Source of the DNA: Candidatus Micrarchaeota archaeon
Lineage (GTDB): Archaea; Micrarchaeota; Micrarchaeia; Norongarragalinales; UBA8480
Assembly: GCA_021812145.1 (NCBI GenBank)
Contig: JAKAOM010000001.1
Span: forward strand, 21,898-85,897
Direction: 5' to 3'
DNA length: 64,000 nt
Positions 7,947 through 16,388 of this stretch are shown here, in pieces. The position numbers and the translations under genes were made by a program. The notes below the pieces were generated by a model. The model was given only the letters and a program-made list of their open reading frames with translations. It ran no database searches and had not been told where the DNA came from. The stretch's first letter is position 1. Every line of letters begins with the position of its first letter.

Positions 7947-9521
7947 TTATTTTTTCTTTTTCACTGTTACTTCTTCCCCGCAGTGCGGGCAGGTGAATAT
8001 GAAGTGGTCTCCCTCTATCTTGATTTGAGGCGAGCAGTTTGTGCACATGGCCCCTCCGCAGTATGGGCAGAATACTATCCTGGTGTTTTTTGCGTGGCAG
8101 TTGGGGCAACCCATTCCGCTTTCGCTTTCTATTTTTACGAACTCGCTGCTTTTCTGCTCTTTTTGCGCTTCTGTTGGCGTTGTGCTTTCTGTTATTCCGC
8201 TTAATTGAGCGAAAAGCCCGGTTGGTTGCTGCTCTTGTTTTTTAGTTTCCAGTCCCCCCTCTCCTCCTAACACGTCATTTATGCTTAAAGTTTGTACTGG
8301 CTTTTCCTCTTTTACTTCTTTGTCCCTTCTTCTCTCTCGTTTTTCTTCTTTTTTCTCCTCTGGTTTTGGTTTTTCTTCTTTTTTCTCCTCTTTTTTGGCC
8401 GGTTCTGACGGAACGTTAGGTGTTATCTTTTGTACGTTTCCTTCTGTTTTAGTTTTTCTCAGTTCCTCGTAAACATCCTGAACAAGGGATTGAAATTCTT
8501 CTTTTCCAGCCATGTCGCTGCTCGCTATAACCTTAACCTTCTCTTTTTGTTCAGGAGTAAGCAGGTAGCGCCTGTGCTTTGGTATTTCCTTGCCTTGGGC
8601 TTCTTCCACCGTTTCTTTGACAACGTCTTTTATTATCCCCTCTATTTCAGTTTCTTCAATAGTTTTTGGTTTTTCTTGTTTTTTCTGGAATTTGAAACCG
8701 CCCTCTTGTTTTTGTTCTTGTGGTTTTTCAGTTTTTTGGAATTTGAATTCGCTTTCTGGTTTCTCCTCTTTTTTGGCCGGAATTTCTTTTTGTGTTGTTG
8801 TTTGCGGTTTTGGCTTTTCTATCCCCTTGACCTGTTTTGCTTCTTCTGTTTTTGCAGGGGCGGGTTGTGTTTTTTGTATCGCGGCTGGTTTTGGTTTTTC
8901 CGGTTGTTTTACCGGTTGAGATTGTTCCTGCTTTAACGGTACTTCTATGCTTTGTTTCAGCGGGACTTGGATGTTTTGAAAAGATTCTCCTAAAATCTCT
9001 CTTTTTACCCCTTCTATCCCTTCTTGTTGAATTTCATTTGTTTTAAGAGGTATGTTTATTTCTATATCCCTTCCAGTTATCTCTTCTTTAAGCTCTTGAA
9101 GGGTCGGAGTTTTCTGAATTTTTGTCGGCGTTACTGTTTTTTTCTTTTCTTCCTGTTTTTGCGGTTTTGGTTTTTCTTCTTTTATTGGAACTGCTATTGT
9201 CATGTATTTTGGCGTGTAGGAGTAGTAGTATTTGAAAACTATAAAGAAAAGAGTCGCGTATATTATTGTGAATATTTCAATGTAGGAGTCTATGTTTAGG
9301 AATCTGTCGACTCCGAAGAAGAAGATGTTTGTTATGTATGAAAGGAACACTATAATCAAGCCCAGCATTCCTGAAACAACGAGTTTTTTCTGCTGGTCGT
9401 ACGTTCTAACTTCGGAATAGGACACTCTGAGAACGAAGTAGCCTATTGTAATTGAGCCTACTAGAAAGAACAGGTAGTAAAATGCTATTCCTATATAGGC
9501 TGTAACGTCCATTTTTTTCAA
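7947..9521 (-). CDS. Membrane-anchored protein with long K/E/Q/P-rich linker and C-terminal double zinc ribbon
   Basis: Three N-terminal TM helices; low-complexity middle; CPNC, CPYC, CTNC and CPHC at the C-terminus. Confidence 0.8.
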   Translation of the reverse strand: MKKMDVTAYIGIAFYYLFFLVGSITIGYFVLRVSYSEVRTYDQQKKLVVSGMLGLIIVFLSYITNIFFFGVDRFLNIDSYIEIFTIIYATLFFIVFKYYYSYTPKYMTIAVPIKEEKPKPQKQEEKKKTVTPTKIQKTPTLQELKEEITGRDIEINIPLKTNEIQQEGIEGVKREILGESFQNIQVPLKQSIEVPLKQEQSQPVKQPEKPKPAAIQKTQPAPAKTEEAKQVKGIEKPKPQTTTQKEIPAKKEEKPESEFKFQKTEKPQEQKQEGGFKFQKKQEKPKTIEETEIEGIIKDVVKETVEEAQGKEIPKHRRYLLTPEQKEKVKVIASSDMAGKEEFQSLVQDVYEELRKTKTEGNVQKITPNVPSEPAKKEEKKEEKPKPEEKKEEKRERRRDKEVKEEKPVQTLSINDVLGGEGGLETKKQEQQPTGLFAQLSGITESTTPTEAQKEQKSSEFVKIESESGMGCPNCHAKNTRIVFCPYCGGAMCTNCSPQIKIEGDHFIFTCPHCGEEVTVKKKK

Positions 9522-9595
9522 ATCTCTTTTGTTTGGTTTTGAGTTTATTGTTTGTTCAGGTAGGTTTTTAATTTTTCTCCTCCTTTAAGTTTTGT

Positions 9596-9826
9596 ATGGA
9601 TTTTCTTGTTCAGTTGTGGTTTACGTTCATTTTGTCTTTAGCCGTTAGCATTATTTTCTTTCCTTTTGTTTTTGTTTTCTCTTTTGTCTATGATATTGCC
9701 AGCAGGAACTCGAAAATTCCTAAAATCGTTTGGATGTTTTTGTGCGTTTTCGTGGCTGTTTTGATTGGAGTGGTTATTCTAAACGCTTATCTTAATTACA
9801 CTCTTCCCGCCGCGCTTACAGGTTGA
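9596..9826 (+). CDS. Small 2-TM membrane protein
   Basis: ATG-started ORF with two hydrophobic helices, filling the intergenic gap. Confidence 0.6.
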   Translation: MDFLVQLWFTFILSLAVSIIFFPFVFVFSFVYDIASRNSKIPKIVWMFLCVFVAVLIGVVILNAYLNYTLPAALTG

Positions 9827-9868
9827 TTTTTTTCCGCTTGTTTTTTTTTGCTTGTTTTACCTTCGGAT

Positions 9869-9880
9869 AAGGTTTAAATA
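9869..9880 (+). promoter_or_regulatory. BRE-TATA promoter (leaderless-type spacing)
   Basis: AAGGTTTAAATA ending ~25 nt before ATG 9906. Confidence 0.55.
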
Positions 9881-9905
9881 TACTTACACTCCTATTCTTA
9901 TTTTG

Positions 9906-12900
9906 ATGAACTTGTTTAAGCTGCTTGTTTCGCTGGCGTTATTGTTTTCATTGGTTCAAGCTCAATGCCAGGTTAACGTGATGAATTCAAGCCAAGCTGA
10001 ACAGTTTTTAATGCTTCCAATGCTTATGCAGGCTAATCAAATCTCCTCTTCTTCAACTCCCGCGGCTTCTTCCCAGCAGGTTGTTAACGTTTTTTCTCAG
10101 AATTCAGGAGTTGTTAATTCAAGCACTGTAGCCGCTGTTTTGGGGATGACCCCGCAGCAGGTAGCCCAGCAGGCTGGCGTGCCAGTTGGTGCGGATATAA
10201 CTCTAACCCAAGCCGAGCAAATAGCCTCTACTGCTGGAAAAAGCAACTTGATTTCTCAGATTTTAGGTTTGGTTTCCAGCCAAACGCCTGTTTCACCTGC
10301 CGATGGTTTGAGCGTCACTCTGCCCAATGGTTTGAAAATGCCTTTGTCAGTTCTTAATAATTTGACTTCTATTAACTCTTCTAATTGCATGGTTAACGGA
10401 ATGTATATTAACGGTCAGGTGGAGTATCAGGGTTTGCTTACAAGCGGGGATGTTTATTACGGTTTGACTTCAAGCCCTTCAACTTCAACCGAGCAGCACC
10501 TTTCATCTTCCTCATTCACTGCAGGGGTTAATCTAGGCACTGGCGGCAGCAACATGGTTCTTCCCTACACTTATACGCGCTGGTTGATATCTTCAGGGTG
10601 GATTAATGGAGCGGATACTTTGATTAATTCTGTTGCCAGTATGGGAATGTATTCAACACTTGGGACTGCCACTCCTAAAGTAACTGCTTCAGATCTGGAG
10701 TCTTTGGCTAAGGCGAATAGCGTGCTTGAAACTACTGCAAAGTCTGCAGCGTCTGATTTGGCTTCAACATTAACTTCAATTGAAAACCCAGCTGATAAAC
10801 AAGCTTTGGATTCAATAATATATAAACTTTCAAGTGGTGCAACGCCTCTTTCTAGTGATGAACTTGCAACTCTTAATAAACTTGCAGCAAGTGATCCTGT
10901 TTTGCAGACTTCTTTATCAGATTATAATACTAAATTAAGCAGTGCGCAGCAGGTTGCCCAGCAGATGAGTGGTTCGATAAGCAAGCCCAGCACACAAGAT
11001 ATTGCCGATTACACTGCTTTAACTAAAGCCACTCTTGCAAAGGCAACATCAAGTTTTATTCTTGGCATGACTTGGCTTGGACCTGCCAGGTTCGCTTTTC
11101 AGATTAATAGCGCTTTGCTTTTTTCAAATCCTTCTAATAATGGCGATTTTTATGTTTTGCTTAAGGTTAACAGGAATACTTTAACCTCTTTGATGACGGT
11201 CAGCGATATTCTAGGTTTAGGCTATTTTGACGACACCTTATCTAAACTTTTTGGTATTGGCGTGCCCAACGCTGCCTTGACTGCTGGCGAAATGTATATC
11301 ATAAACCAGCCTTCCACCACTTCTCAAACTTCTGGATCCACCACTACTTTTAATAATAATGGTTTGGCGTGGCAGGTTCAGACTAACTGGCCTGGATCAT
11401 CCACTGTTACCAATTTTCAAAAGCTTAACCCGAGCAGTAATTTGACCACTATAGAGCTTACCACAAATTCTATCCCGCCAGGAGCGGTTATAAGCAGGCT
11501 GGATGTTTTGAAATATCAGGCTTTGGCGGTTTTGTTTGCAGTTCCATTTGTTTCTACATTGACTTTGCCTGGCGCTTTAAAGGCTGGTTTGGGCAGTACT
11601 TTCGCTGGTTTGTTGCCTGACGTGGTTATGAAAGTTATACCTTTTATTGGAATTAGCGATATTGTTTACGCTATTAACAATAATGTCTACAATAGCGTTG
11701 AACCGTGCAGTCAATCTACAATGACTGACTGGATTGTTGCTTATGGCTCTGCAACCGCTTTTTCCGACGTTTGGGCGGCAGTTCCTATTTTAAGCAGTTG
11801 GAGCAGTGTTTTTGGCAGCACTCTTAAGGGTTTTTCAACGGCTTTTACTGGATCTGGAATTTTTGGTTCCCTTGGAAGTAGCTATTTGACTTTCAGCAAG
11901 TTTCAAGGGCCTCAGTTAATGCAGATGATTGTTGGAGGTTTGGCTGCGAAGTATGCCAGCACTTGCATTGATTCCGAGTATTACGTTGCAGCGTTTCAAC
12001 CCACTCCAACTCCGAACTCGGCCGCTTTAGCTTCTGCCAACAGCGTTAACAATCTTGCCAATAATTCTGTTGTTAAGAACCTGGGTTTGGGGGGTTTGCT
12101 TCAAGGGGCGGGTCAGAATATTCAGAACGCGGCTCTAGCCAGCGAAAACACGCTGATAGTTTCCTTGACTAATCAGAATGGTTTGGTAATGCCTACGCAG
12201 CTTTACTACATCCACATGACTAACGCTGACATTCAGTGGTGGGGCAAGTTCAGCAATAAATGTTTCCATACATGCTTGTCTGATAGTGTCAGCAATATTA
12301 CTGCTTGTATCAACGGTCAGACGGGAGTGCAGGTTAAAACTCCTGCCGGGACTATCCAACTTGCAGGTTCTACAAGGGCCAAAGGGCAGCAGGAGATTGA
12401 TAAGTTTGGGTTGGATTTGATTCCCAACGCGTATATCACGACAGAGCTGACTTGCAGCGGTGTTTTCGCAACTGTTTCAAATCAGGATTTGATTTTAAGC
12501 GGCGGTTGCCCTGGAGGGGCTTGCATTCTTTCAAGCGTTAGTCAAATTGTTGGCTATCAGGTTGGGGATTTAGGCCCGGTTATGGGCAAGGTTGATACTA
12601 TTTTAACTGATAACGGAAGCATTTCATTTCCCAGCGGCTCCCCTGTCTTCAACAACGCTTCTAACGGAAGCTCAGTTTCTTTTACCACCCTTCAGATTAA
12701 CGGGAATGGAGAGGTTGTAGGAGATAACGCTAATTTAGGAACGCTTGAATCAATTAAGTTTGATAATGGAGCAATGTGGTACGATTCCAGCAACGGAGAG
12801 TTGATTATCTTCATTTACCAGCTTGCTTCAGCTTTGGCTTCTTCTTTCTCAGCCTTGAACGCTCAGGTCAGCAATTGCACTGTGGGGAATCAAACAACCC

Positions 12901-13601
12901 CCGCGATTGACTTGAGTGTTGGCGCCAATGCTGCAAACGCTCCTGCAGCTCAGCAGTTCAACACTGCCCTGAACCAGATTCAGCAGGGTTGCGGTGTGGA
13001 GCAGTGGCAAACAAATTCAACTATCTACACTCTTCACAACGTTAACGGAACTCCTACACTGACTGTAACTGACGCGCTTACAAAGACTAGCACAGACTAT
13101 CCTCTTTCAAGTCTGCAGCAGGATGGGAATAAGGTGGTTGCCACCACTGCTGATGGAAAGCAGTTTTCTTTCACTTTTGCTAACGGTCCTGCAGGACCTC
13201 AGGTTACTGTGAACACCCCTACTGGCGGCACCTCTTCTGATATTCTGACAAAGGCTACTGGTTTGGGCGGCATTCTTGCCTACGATCCTGCGACAGGCAC
13301 GTGGGAGGTTTTGAACGGGCAGGGCATTCCTATGTCTACTGGTTTCGCTGCTGGAAACACTATAACCGGAGGTGCGGGAGGCTCTGCGGTCAGCACTCCT
13401 TCCGGCGATTTACTTGGAGTAACTCCTGGCGGTTCAGCGTCCACCTTCAATGTTTTAGCAGCTCTTCCCAGCTTTGATGGGGTTTTGGTTTTTGTTTTCG
13501 CTGGAATCGCTTTCGCTTCAGGGGTTTTGATTTTCACTTTCTACTCTTCCAAACGCTCCACTTCTAAAAGTTCAGCTAAGAGGCGTCGAAGAAAGGTTTA
13601 A
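9906..13601 (+). CDS. Large secreted surface protein with C-terminal LPSF-TM-basic anchor
   Basis: Sec signal MNLFKLLVSLALLFSLVQA|Q; S/T/G/N-rich with paired Cys; ends LPSF, TM helix, KRRRRKV. Confidence 0.85.
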   Translation: MNLFKLLVSLALLFSLVQAQCQVNVMNSSQAEQFLMLPMLMQANQISSSSTPAASSQQVVNVFSQNSGVVNSSTVAAVLGMTPQQVAQQAGVPVGADITLTQAEQIASTAGKSNLISQILGLVSSQTPVSPADGLSVTLPNGLKMPLSVLNNLTSINSSNCMVNGMYINGQVEYQGLLTSGDVYYGLTSSPSTSTEQHLSSSSFTAGVNLGTGGSNMVLPYTYTRWLISSGWINGADTLINSVASMGMYSTLGTATPKVTASDLESLAKANSVLETTAKSAASDLASTLTSIENPADKQALDSIIYKLSSGATPLSSDELATLNKLAASDPVLQTSLSDYNTKLSSAQQVAQQMSGSISKPSTQDIADYTALTKATLAKATSSFILGMTWLGPARFAFQINSALLFSNPSNNGDFYVLLKVNRNTLTSLMTVSDILGLGYFDDTLSKLFGIGVPNAALTAGEMYIINQPSTTSQTSGSTTTFNNNGLAWQVQTNWPGSSTVTNFQKLNPSSNLTTIELTTNSIPPGAVISRLDVLKYQALAVLFAVPFVSTLTLPGALKAGLGSTFAGLLPDVVMKVIPFIGISDIVYAINNNVYNSVEPCSQSTMTDWIVAYGSATAFSDVWAAVPILSSWSSVFGSTLKGFSTAFTGSGIFGSLGSSYLTFSKFQGPQLMQMIVGGLAAKYASTCIDSEYYVAAFQPTPTPNSAALASANSVNNLANNSVVKNLGLGGLLQGAGQNIQNAALASENTLIVSLTNQNGLVMPTQLYYIHMTNADIQWWGKFSNKCFHTCLSDSVSNITACINGQTGVQVKTPAGTIQLAGSTRAKGQQEIDKFGLDLIPNAYITTELTCSGVFATVSNQDLILSGGCPGGACILSSVSQIVGYQVGDLGPVMGKVDTILTDNGSISFPSGSPVFNNASNGSSVSFTTLQINGNGEVVGDNANLGTLESIKFDNGAMWYDSSNGELIIFIYQLASALASSFSALNAQVSNCTVGNQTTPAIDLSVGANAANAPAAQQFNTALNQIQQGCGVEQWQTNSTIYTLHNVNGTPTLTVTDALTKTSTDYPLSSLQQDGNKVVATTADGKQFSFTFANGPAGPQVTVNTPTGGTSSDILTKATGLGGILAYDPATGTWEVLNGQGIPMSTGFAAGNTITGGAGGSAVSTPSGDLLGVTPGGSASTFNVLAALPSFDGVLVFVFAGIAFASGVLIFTFYSSKRSTSKSSAKRRRRKV

Positions 13602-13603
13602 AT
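13591..13603 (+). promoter_or_regulatory. BRE-TATA promoter of the SLT gene, overlapping the upstream stop codon
   Basis: GAAAGGTTTAAAT, ~27 nt before ATG 13630. Confidence 0.55.
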
Positions 13604-13629
13604 TCATTCATAATCTTAATTTTTAATTT

Positions 13630-14280
13630 ATGGACGGGTTTATGTCAAGGCTTCTTGTTTTCGGTTTTTTCGTGGTTATGGCCGGCGCTTTGGCTTCATC
13701 ACCTTCTGTTCAGCAGCAATGCCCTTCAAATCAATGGTTTTCGACTCTTTCTAACCCTCCTTCATGCCAGCCTTTAACTACAATCATTGTTTCTGATAAT
13801 CTTCCAGCTCCTGTAAACACTCAGCTTTCCACTCCTCCATCAAGCGAGGTTTCCAACGGCTATTCTTCAAATACGGCTATCGGCGGTTCTTCCACTCAGT
13901 ATGATAGTATAATACAGGACTGCGCTTCCCAGTTTAACGTGGACCCTAACCTTGTGAAGGCGGTTGTAAGGGTGGAGAGCGATTTCAACCCGAACGCGGT
14001 AAGCTCTGTTGGGGCTGAGGGTTTGATGCAGCTCATGCCTTCGACGTTTAACTCTCTTACTTCCGGCGATATTTTCGACCCTCGAACCAACGTGTGCGCT
14101 GGAACTGAATATTTGGCTCAGCAGCTTTCCACTTTCGGCGGCAACGTGGAGCTGGCTTTGGCAGCCTACAATGCTGGCCCTGGAGCGGTTATTAAATACA
14201 ACAATCAAATTCCAAATTACCCTGAAACGGTGAATTATGTAAGCAGCGTTGATTCCTACTACCACTCCTACAGCGCTTGA
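13630..14280 (+). CDS. Secreted soluble lytic transglycosylase (GH23/SLT domain)
   Basis: Signal peptide; VDPNLVKAVVRVES (catalytic Glu), NAVSSVGAEGLMQLMP, LAAYNAGPGAV, ETVNYV. Confidence 0.92.
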   Translation: MDGFMSRLLVFGFFVVMAGALASSPSVQQQCPSNQWFSTLSNPPSCQPLTTIIVSDNLPAPVNTQLSTPPSSEVSNGYSSNTAIGGSSTQYDSIIQDCASQFNVDPNLVKAVVRVESDFNPNAVSSVGAEGLMQLMPSTFNSLTSGDIFDPRTNVCAGTEYLAQQLSTFGGNVELALAAYNAGPGAVIKYNNQIPNYPETVNYVSSVDSYYHSYSA

Positions 14281-14299
14281 ATTTCTTTTTTTTTTTAAG

Positions 14300-14372
14300 A
14301 GCCTCAGAAGGGAATTGAACCCTTGACCTCCTGTTTACAAGACAGGCGCTCTACCGACTGAGCTACTGAGGC
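14300..14372 (-). tRNA. tRNA-Thr(UGU)
   Basis: GCCTCAG/CTGAGGC acceptor stem, anticodon arm CCTGT-CTTGTAA-ACAGG, T-arm GGTTCAATTCC; no encoded CCA. Confidence 0.95.
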
Positions 14373-14561
14373 TTTACCCTTGCTTGTTTTTTTGTTTTTA
14401 AAATGTTTTAAATCTTTGTCTTTTTTTGTTTCGCGTTTCTTTTTAAATAATTTTAATAGCTTGATTTTTGTAACTATTTTACAGTAATAAGGCAACGCTT
14501 TTATACTCGCCTTGTAATGTTTTTTAACAATTGGGTTGAATTTTAAAAAGGTGGTTTTAGA

Positions 14562-14774
14562 GTGTTAAGTGACTGCAATTATGACAAGGTTAAGCTTATT
14601 CATCATTTAAGCAAGATAGTTGGTTTTATCGACAGGCACGCTGTCGGCGACGCGGAGCGGGGAGGGCATCCTTTATGCGCTGAAGAGTACAAAGAGTTGA
14701 GGGAGGATTTGGAGAAGCATATTGGCAAGCTTAGCGCTGCTGTCAAGGGCTTGTCAAAAGAGGATAAATTTTAA
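14562..14774 (+). CDS. Small ferritin-like helical hypothetical protein
   Basis: NYD-x-K-L-x-H...DAE-x-x-GH-x-x-C...DLEKH pattern; GGTGG RBS-like site upstream. Confidence 0.6.
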   Translation: MLSDCNYDKVKLIHHLSKIVGFIDRHAVGDAERGGHPLCAEEYKELREDLEKHIGKLSAAVKGLSKEDKF

Positions 14775-14838
14775 CCTTCTATTTTTTTCAAGCGCTTGTT
14801 GCGTTCTGTTGTTTGAAAAAGGGTTGATTCAGTATTCT

Positions 14839-15204
14839 CTAAAATAGTTTTAGTTCCTTGAATTTTTTGAAGTGTTTTGTGTTTAGAGTGTACAGCTTGG
14901 CGTTATTGTTTATTGTTATAGCTGCTATCATGCTGTCCATTCTGAGTGTCCCTTCTATTTCTGATTTTACTTCAAGTTTTGCCGATAGTTCTGCGTCTTG
15001 TTTTGTGTAGTTAAGAATAGGTATCTGGCTTATTTTCGCAGTTTGTTTGGCGTATTTTATTGCTCCGTAAATAAATTCATGCAAGTTTAGCGTTGTGGTG
15101 CAGAATTGCTCGTTGCTGGCTATGATTTTATTTAACGCTTGCTCTCCAATCTCAGAGTTTTTATCGAATATTTCTATGAGAACGTCCGTGTCTAAAACTA
15201 TCAT
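14839..15204 (-). CDS. vapC: PIN-domain toxin (VapC family)
   Basis: MIVLDTDVLI, LHEF, DSMIAA, TLNTKHF. Confidence 0.88.
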   Translation of the reverse strand: MIVLDTDVLIEIFDKNSEIGEQALNKIIASNEQFCTTTLNLHEFIYGAIKYAKQTAKISQIPILNYTKQDAELSAKLEVKSEIEGTLRMDSMIAAITINNNAKLYTLNTKHFKKFKELKLF

Positions 15205-15410
15205 CTTTTCTCGCTTCTTTTTAGGTATATTTCTGAGAGCATTTTATCCTTGTTTTTGAATTCGACGCTGCCTCTTATTTCTTTTAATATGTCTGCTGGA
15301 TTTTTGGGTTTTATCAGTCTTTCAAAGAGGTTGCTGAAGCTTTCGTTTTTTCTTTTTACGTCCAGTAGGTCTAGGTAGACGTTTGTTTTTATTGTTATTG
15401 TTTTTGACAT
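15201..15410 (-). CDS. vapB: Antitoxin VapB (DUF217-like)
   Basis: MSKTITIK-x-x-VY-x-x-L...K-x-x-ESFS-x-L-x-x-RL; 4-nt overlap with the toxin gene. Confidence 0.85.
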   Translation of the reverse strand: MSKTITIKTNVYLDLLDVKRKNESFSNLFERLIKPKNPADILKEIRGSVEFKNKDKMLSEIYLKRSEKR

Positions 15411-15419
15411 TTTTAAATG

Positions 15420-15444
15420 TATGTTTAAACATATATTTAAACAT
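15420..15444. promoter_or_regulatory. Palindromic operator upstream of vapB
   Basis: Perfect TATGTTTAAACATA (15420-15433) overlapping ATGTTTAAA-N6-TTTAAACAT (15421-15444). Confidence 0.5.
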
Positions 15445-15592
15445 TATGTTTTGTTGGCAGTGTGATTTTATTCAATTTTATAATATTCTTGCCTAGACTT
15501 TTCATATTTTGTGTTTATTGTTGTTAAAATGCAGTGTTGTAAAACATCGTTACAGACACCTTTAAAAGCAAAGCTGATTTAAAATATGCTTT

Positions 15593-16162
15593 ATGTTCAC
15601 TATAGATTCTTTCAGGAAGTTAAAGCGCGGCCCTCAGGTTGTTTTGTTTAAGGATGCATCATTTGTCAGCTGTTTTTCTGGATTGCAAAGCGGCGACGTG
15701 GTGGTTGACGTTGGTAGCGGCAGCGGGTTTTTAGCCTCTTATCTTGGTTTTATCGTTTCTCCCGGAGGCAAGGTTTACACTTTTGAAAGGAGAGAGGAGT
15801 TTGCCAGGATTGCAAGGCAGAATTTTGAAAAGCTTGGTCTGCAGAACGTGGTTTCATTGATTGAGGGCGATGCGGTCAGGAGAAAATGGCCTGAATGTGA
15901 TTTGGTAACAATTGACGCTGGAGGAGGGGATGTTTTGCTAAAGAAGGCATTCAATGCTTTAAAGCCGGGCGGTGTCGCGGTTGGTTTTCTTCCCAACGTG
16001 GAGCAGTTGAAGGTTTTTCAGGAAAAGGGAGTTAAATTGGGTTTTAAGCCTTTCAAGAGCACTGAGGTGTTCGACAGGAACTGGCTTGTCAGGGAGCAGG
16101 GCTGCAGGCCTGAGAATACTGGTTTGATTCACAGTGTTTTCCTTTGTTTTTTAAGAAAATAG
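15593..16162 (+). CDS. trmI: tRNA (adenine-N1)-methyltransferase TrmI-like
   Basis: KRGPQVVLFKD, GSGSG SAM motif, ERREEF, RP-x-x-TG-x-x-HS-x-FL. Confidence 0.85.
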   Translation: MFTIDSFRKLKRGPQVVLFKDASFVSCFSGLQSGDVVVDVGSGSGFLASYLGFIVSPGGKVYTFERREEFARIARQNFEKLGLQNVVSLIEGDAVRRKWPECDLVTIDAGGGDVLLKKAFNALKPGGVAVGFLPNVEQLKVFQEKGVKLGFKPFKSTEVFDRNWLVREQGCRPENTGLIHSVFLCFLRK

Positions 16163-16166
16163 TTAA

Positions 16167-16239
16167 AGCCTCGAATGGGAATTGAACCCATGACCTCTTG
16201 CTTACCATGCAAGCGCTCTACCGGCTGAGCTATCGAGGC
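16167..16239 (-). tRNA. tRNA-Thr(GGU)
   Basis: GCCTCGA/TCGAGGC acceptor stem, anticodon arm CTTGC-ATGGTAA-GCAAG. Confidence 0.95.
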
Positions 16240-16388
16240 GTTTAATTTTTCAGCTTCGTTTAATTTTGTTTTTAGCTTAGTTTTTTTCTCTTAAAAAGCT
16301 TATTAAAGTTTTCTTGCGTAATTTAGGTTGAATAAACATTTTGTTTAATTCGATTTTTTAAATTTTTCAAGTAGGTGTTTTTGTTAAA

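Noticed and set aside
8341-8400. 30-bp-period direct repeat TTTTCTTCTTTTTTCTCCTC
   Set aside because: Encodes EEKKEE low-complexity sequence in 7947-9521; not CRISPR (no spacers, no cas genes).
1922-14300. Idea that the pilus/SLT region is a provirus or integrative element inserted at tRNA-Thr(UGU)
   Set aside because: No integrase, capsid, terminase, relaxase or VirB4 seen; no duplicate of the tRNA 3' end found by eye in the window; composition is host-like.
14304-14495. 63-aa minus-strand ORF
   Set aside because: Overlaps tRNA-Thr(UGU); spurious.
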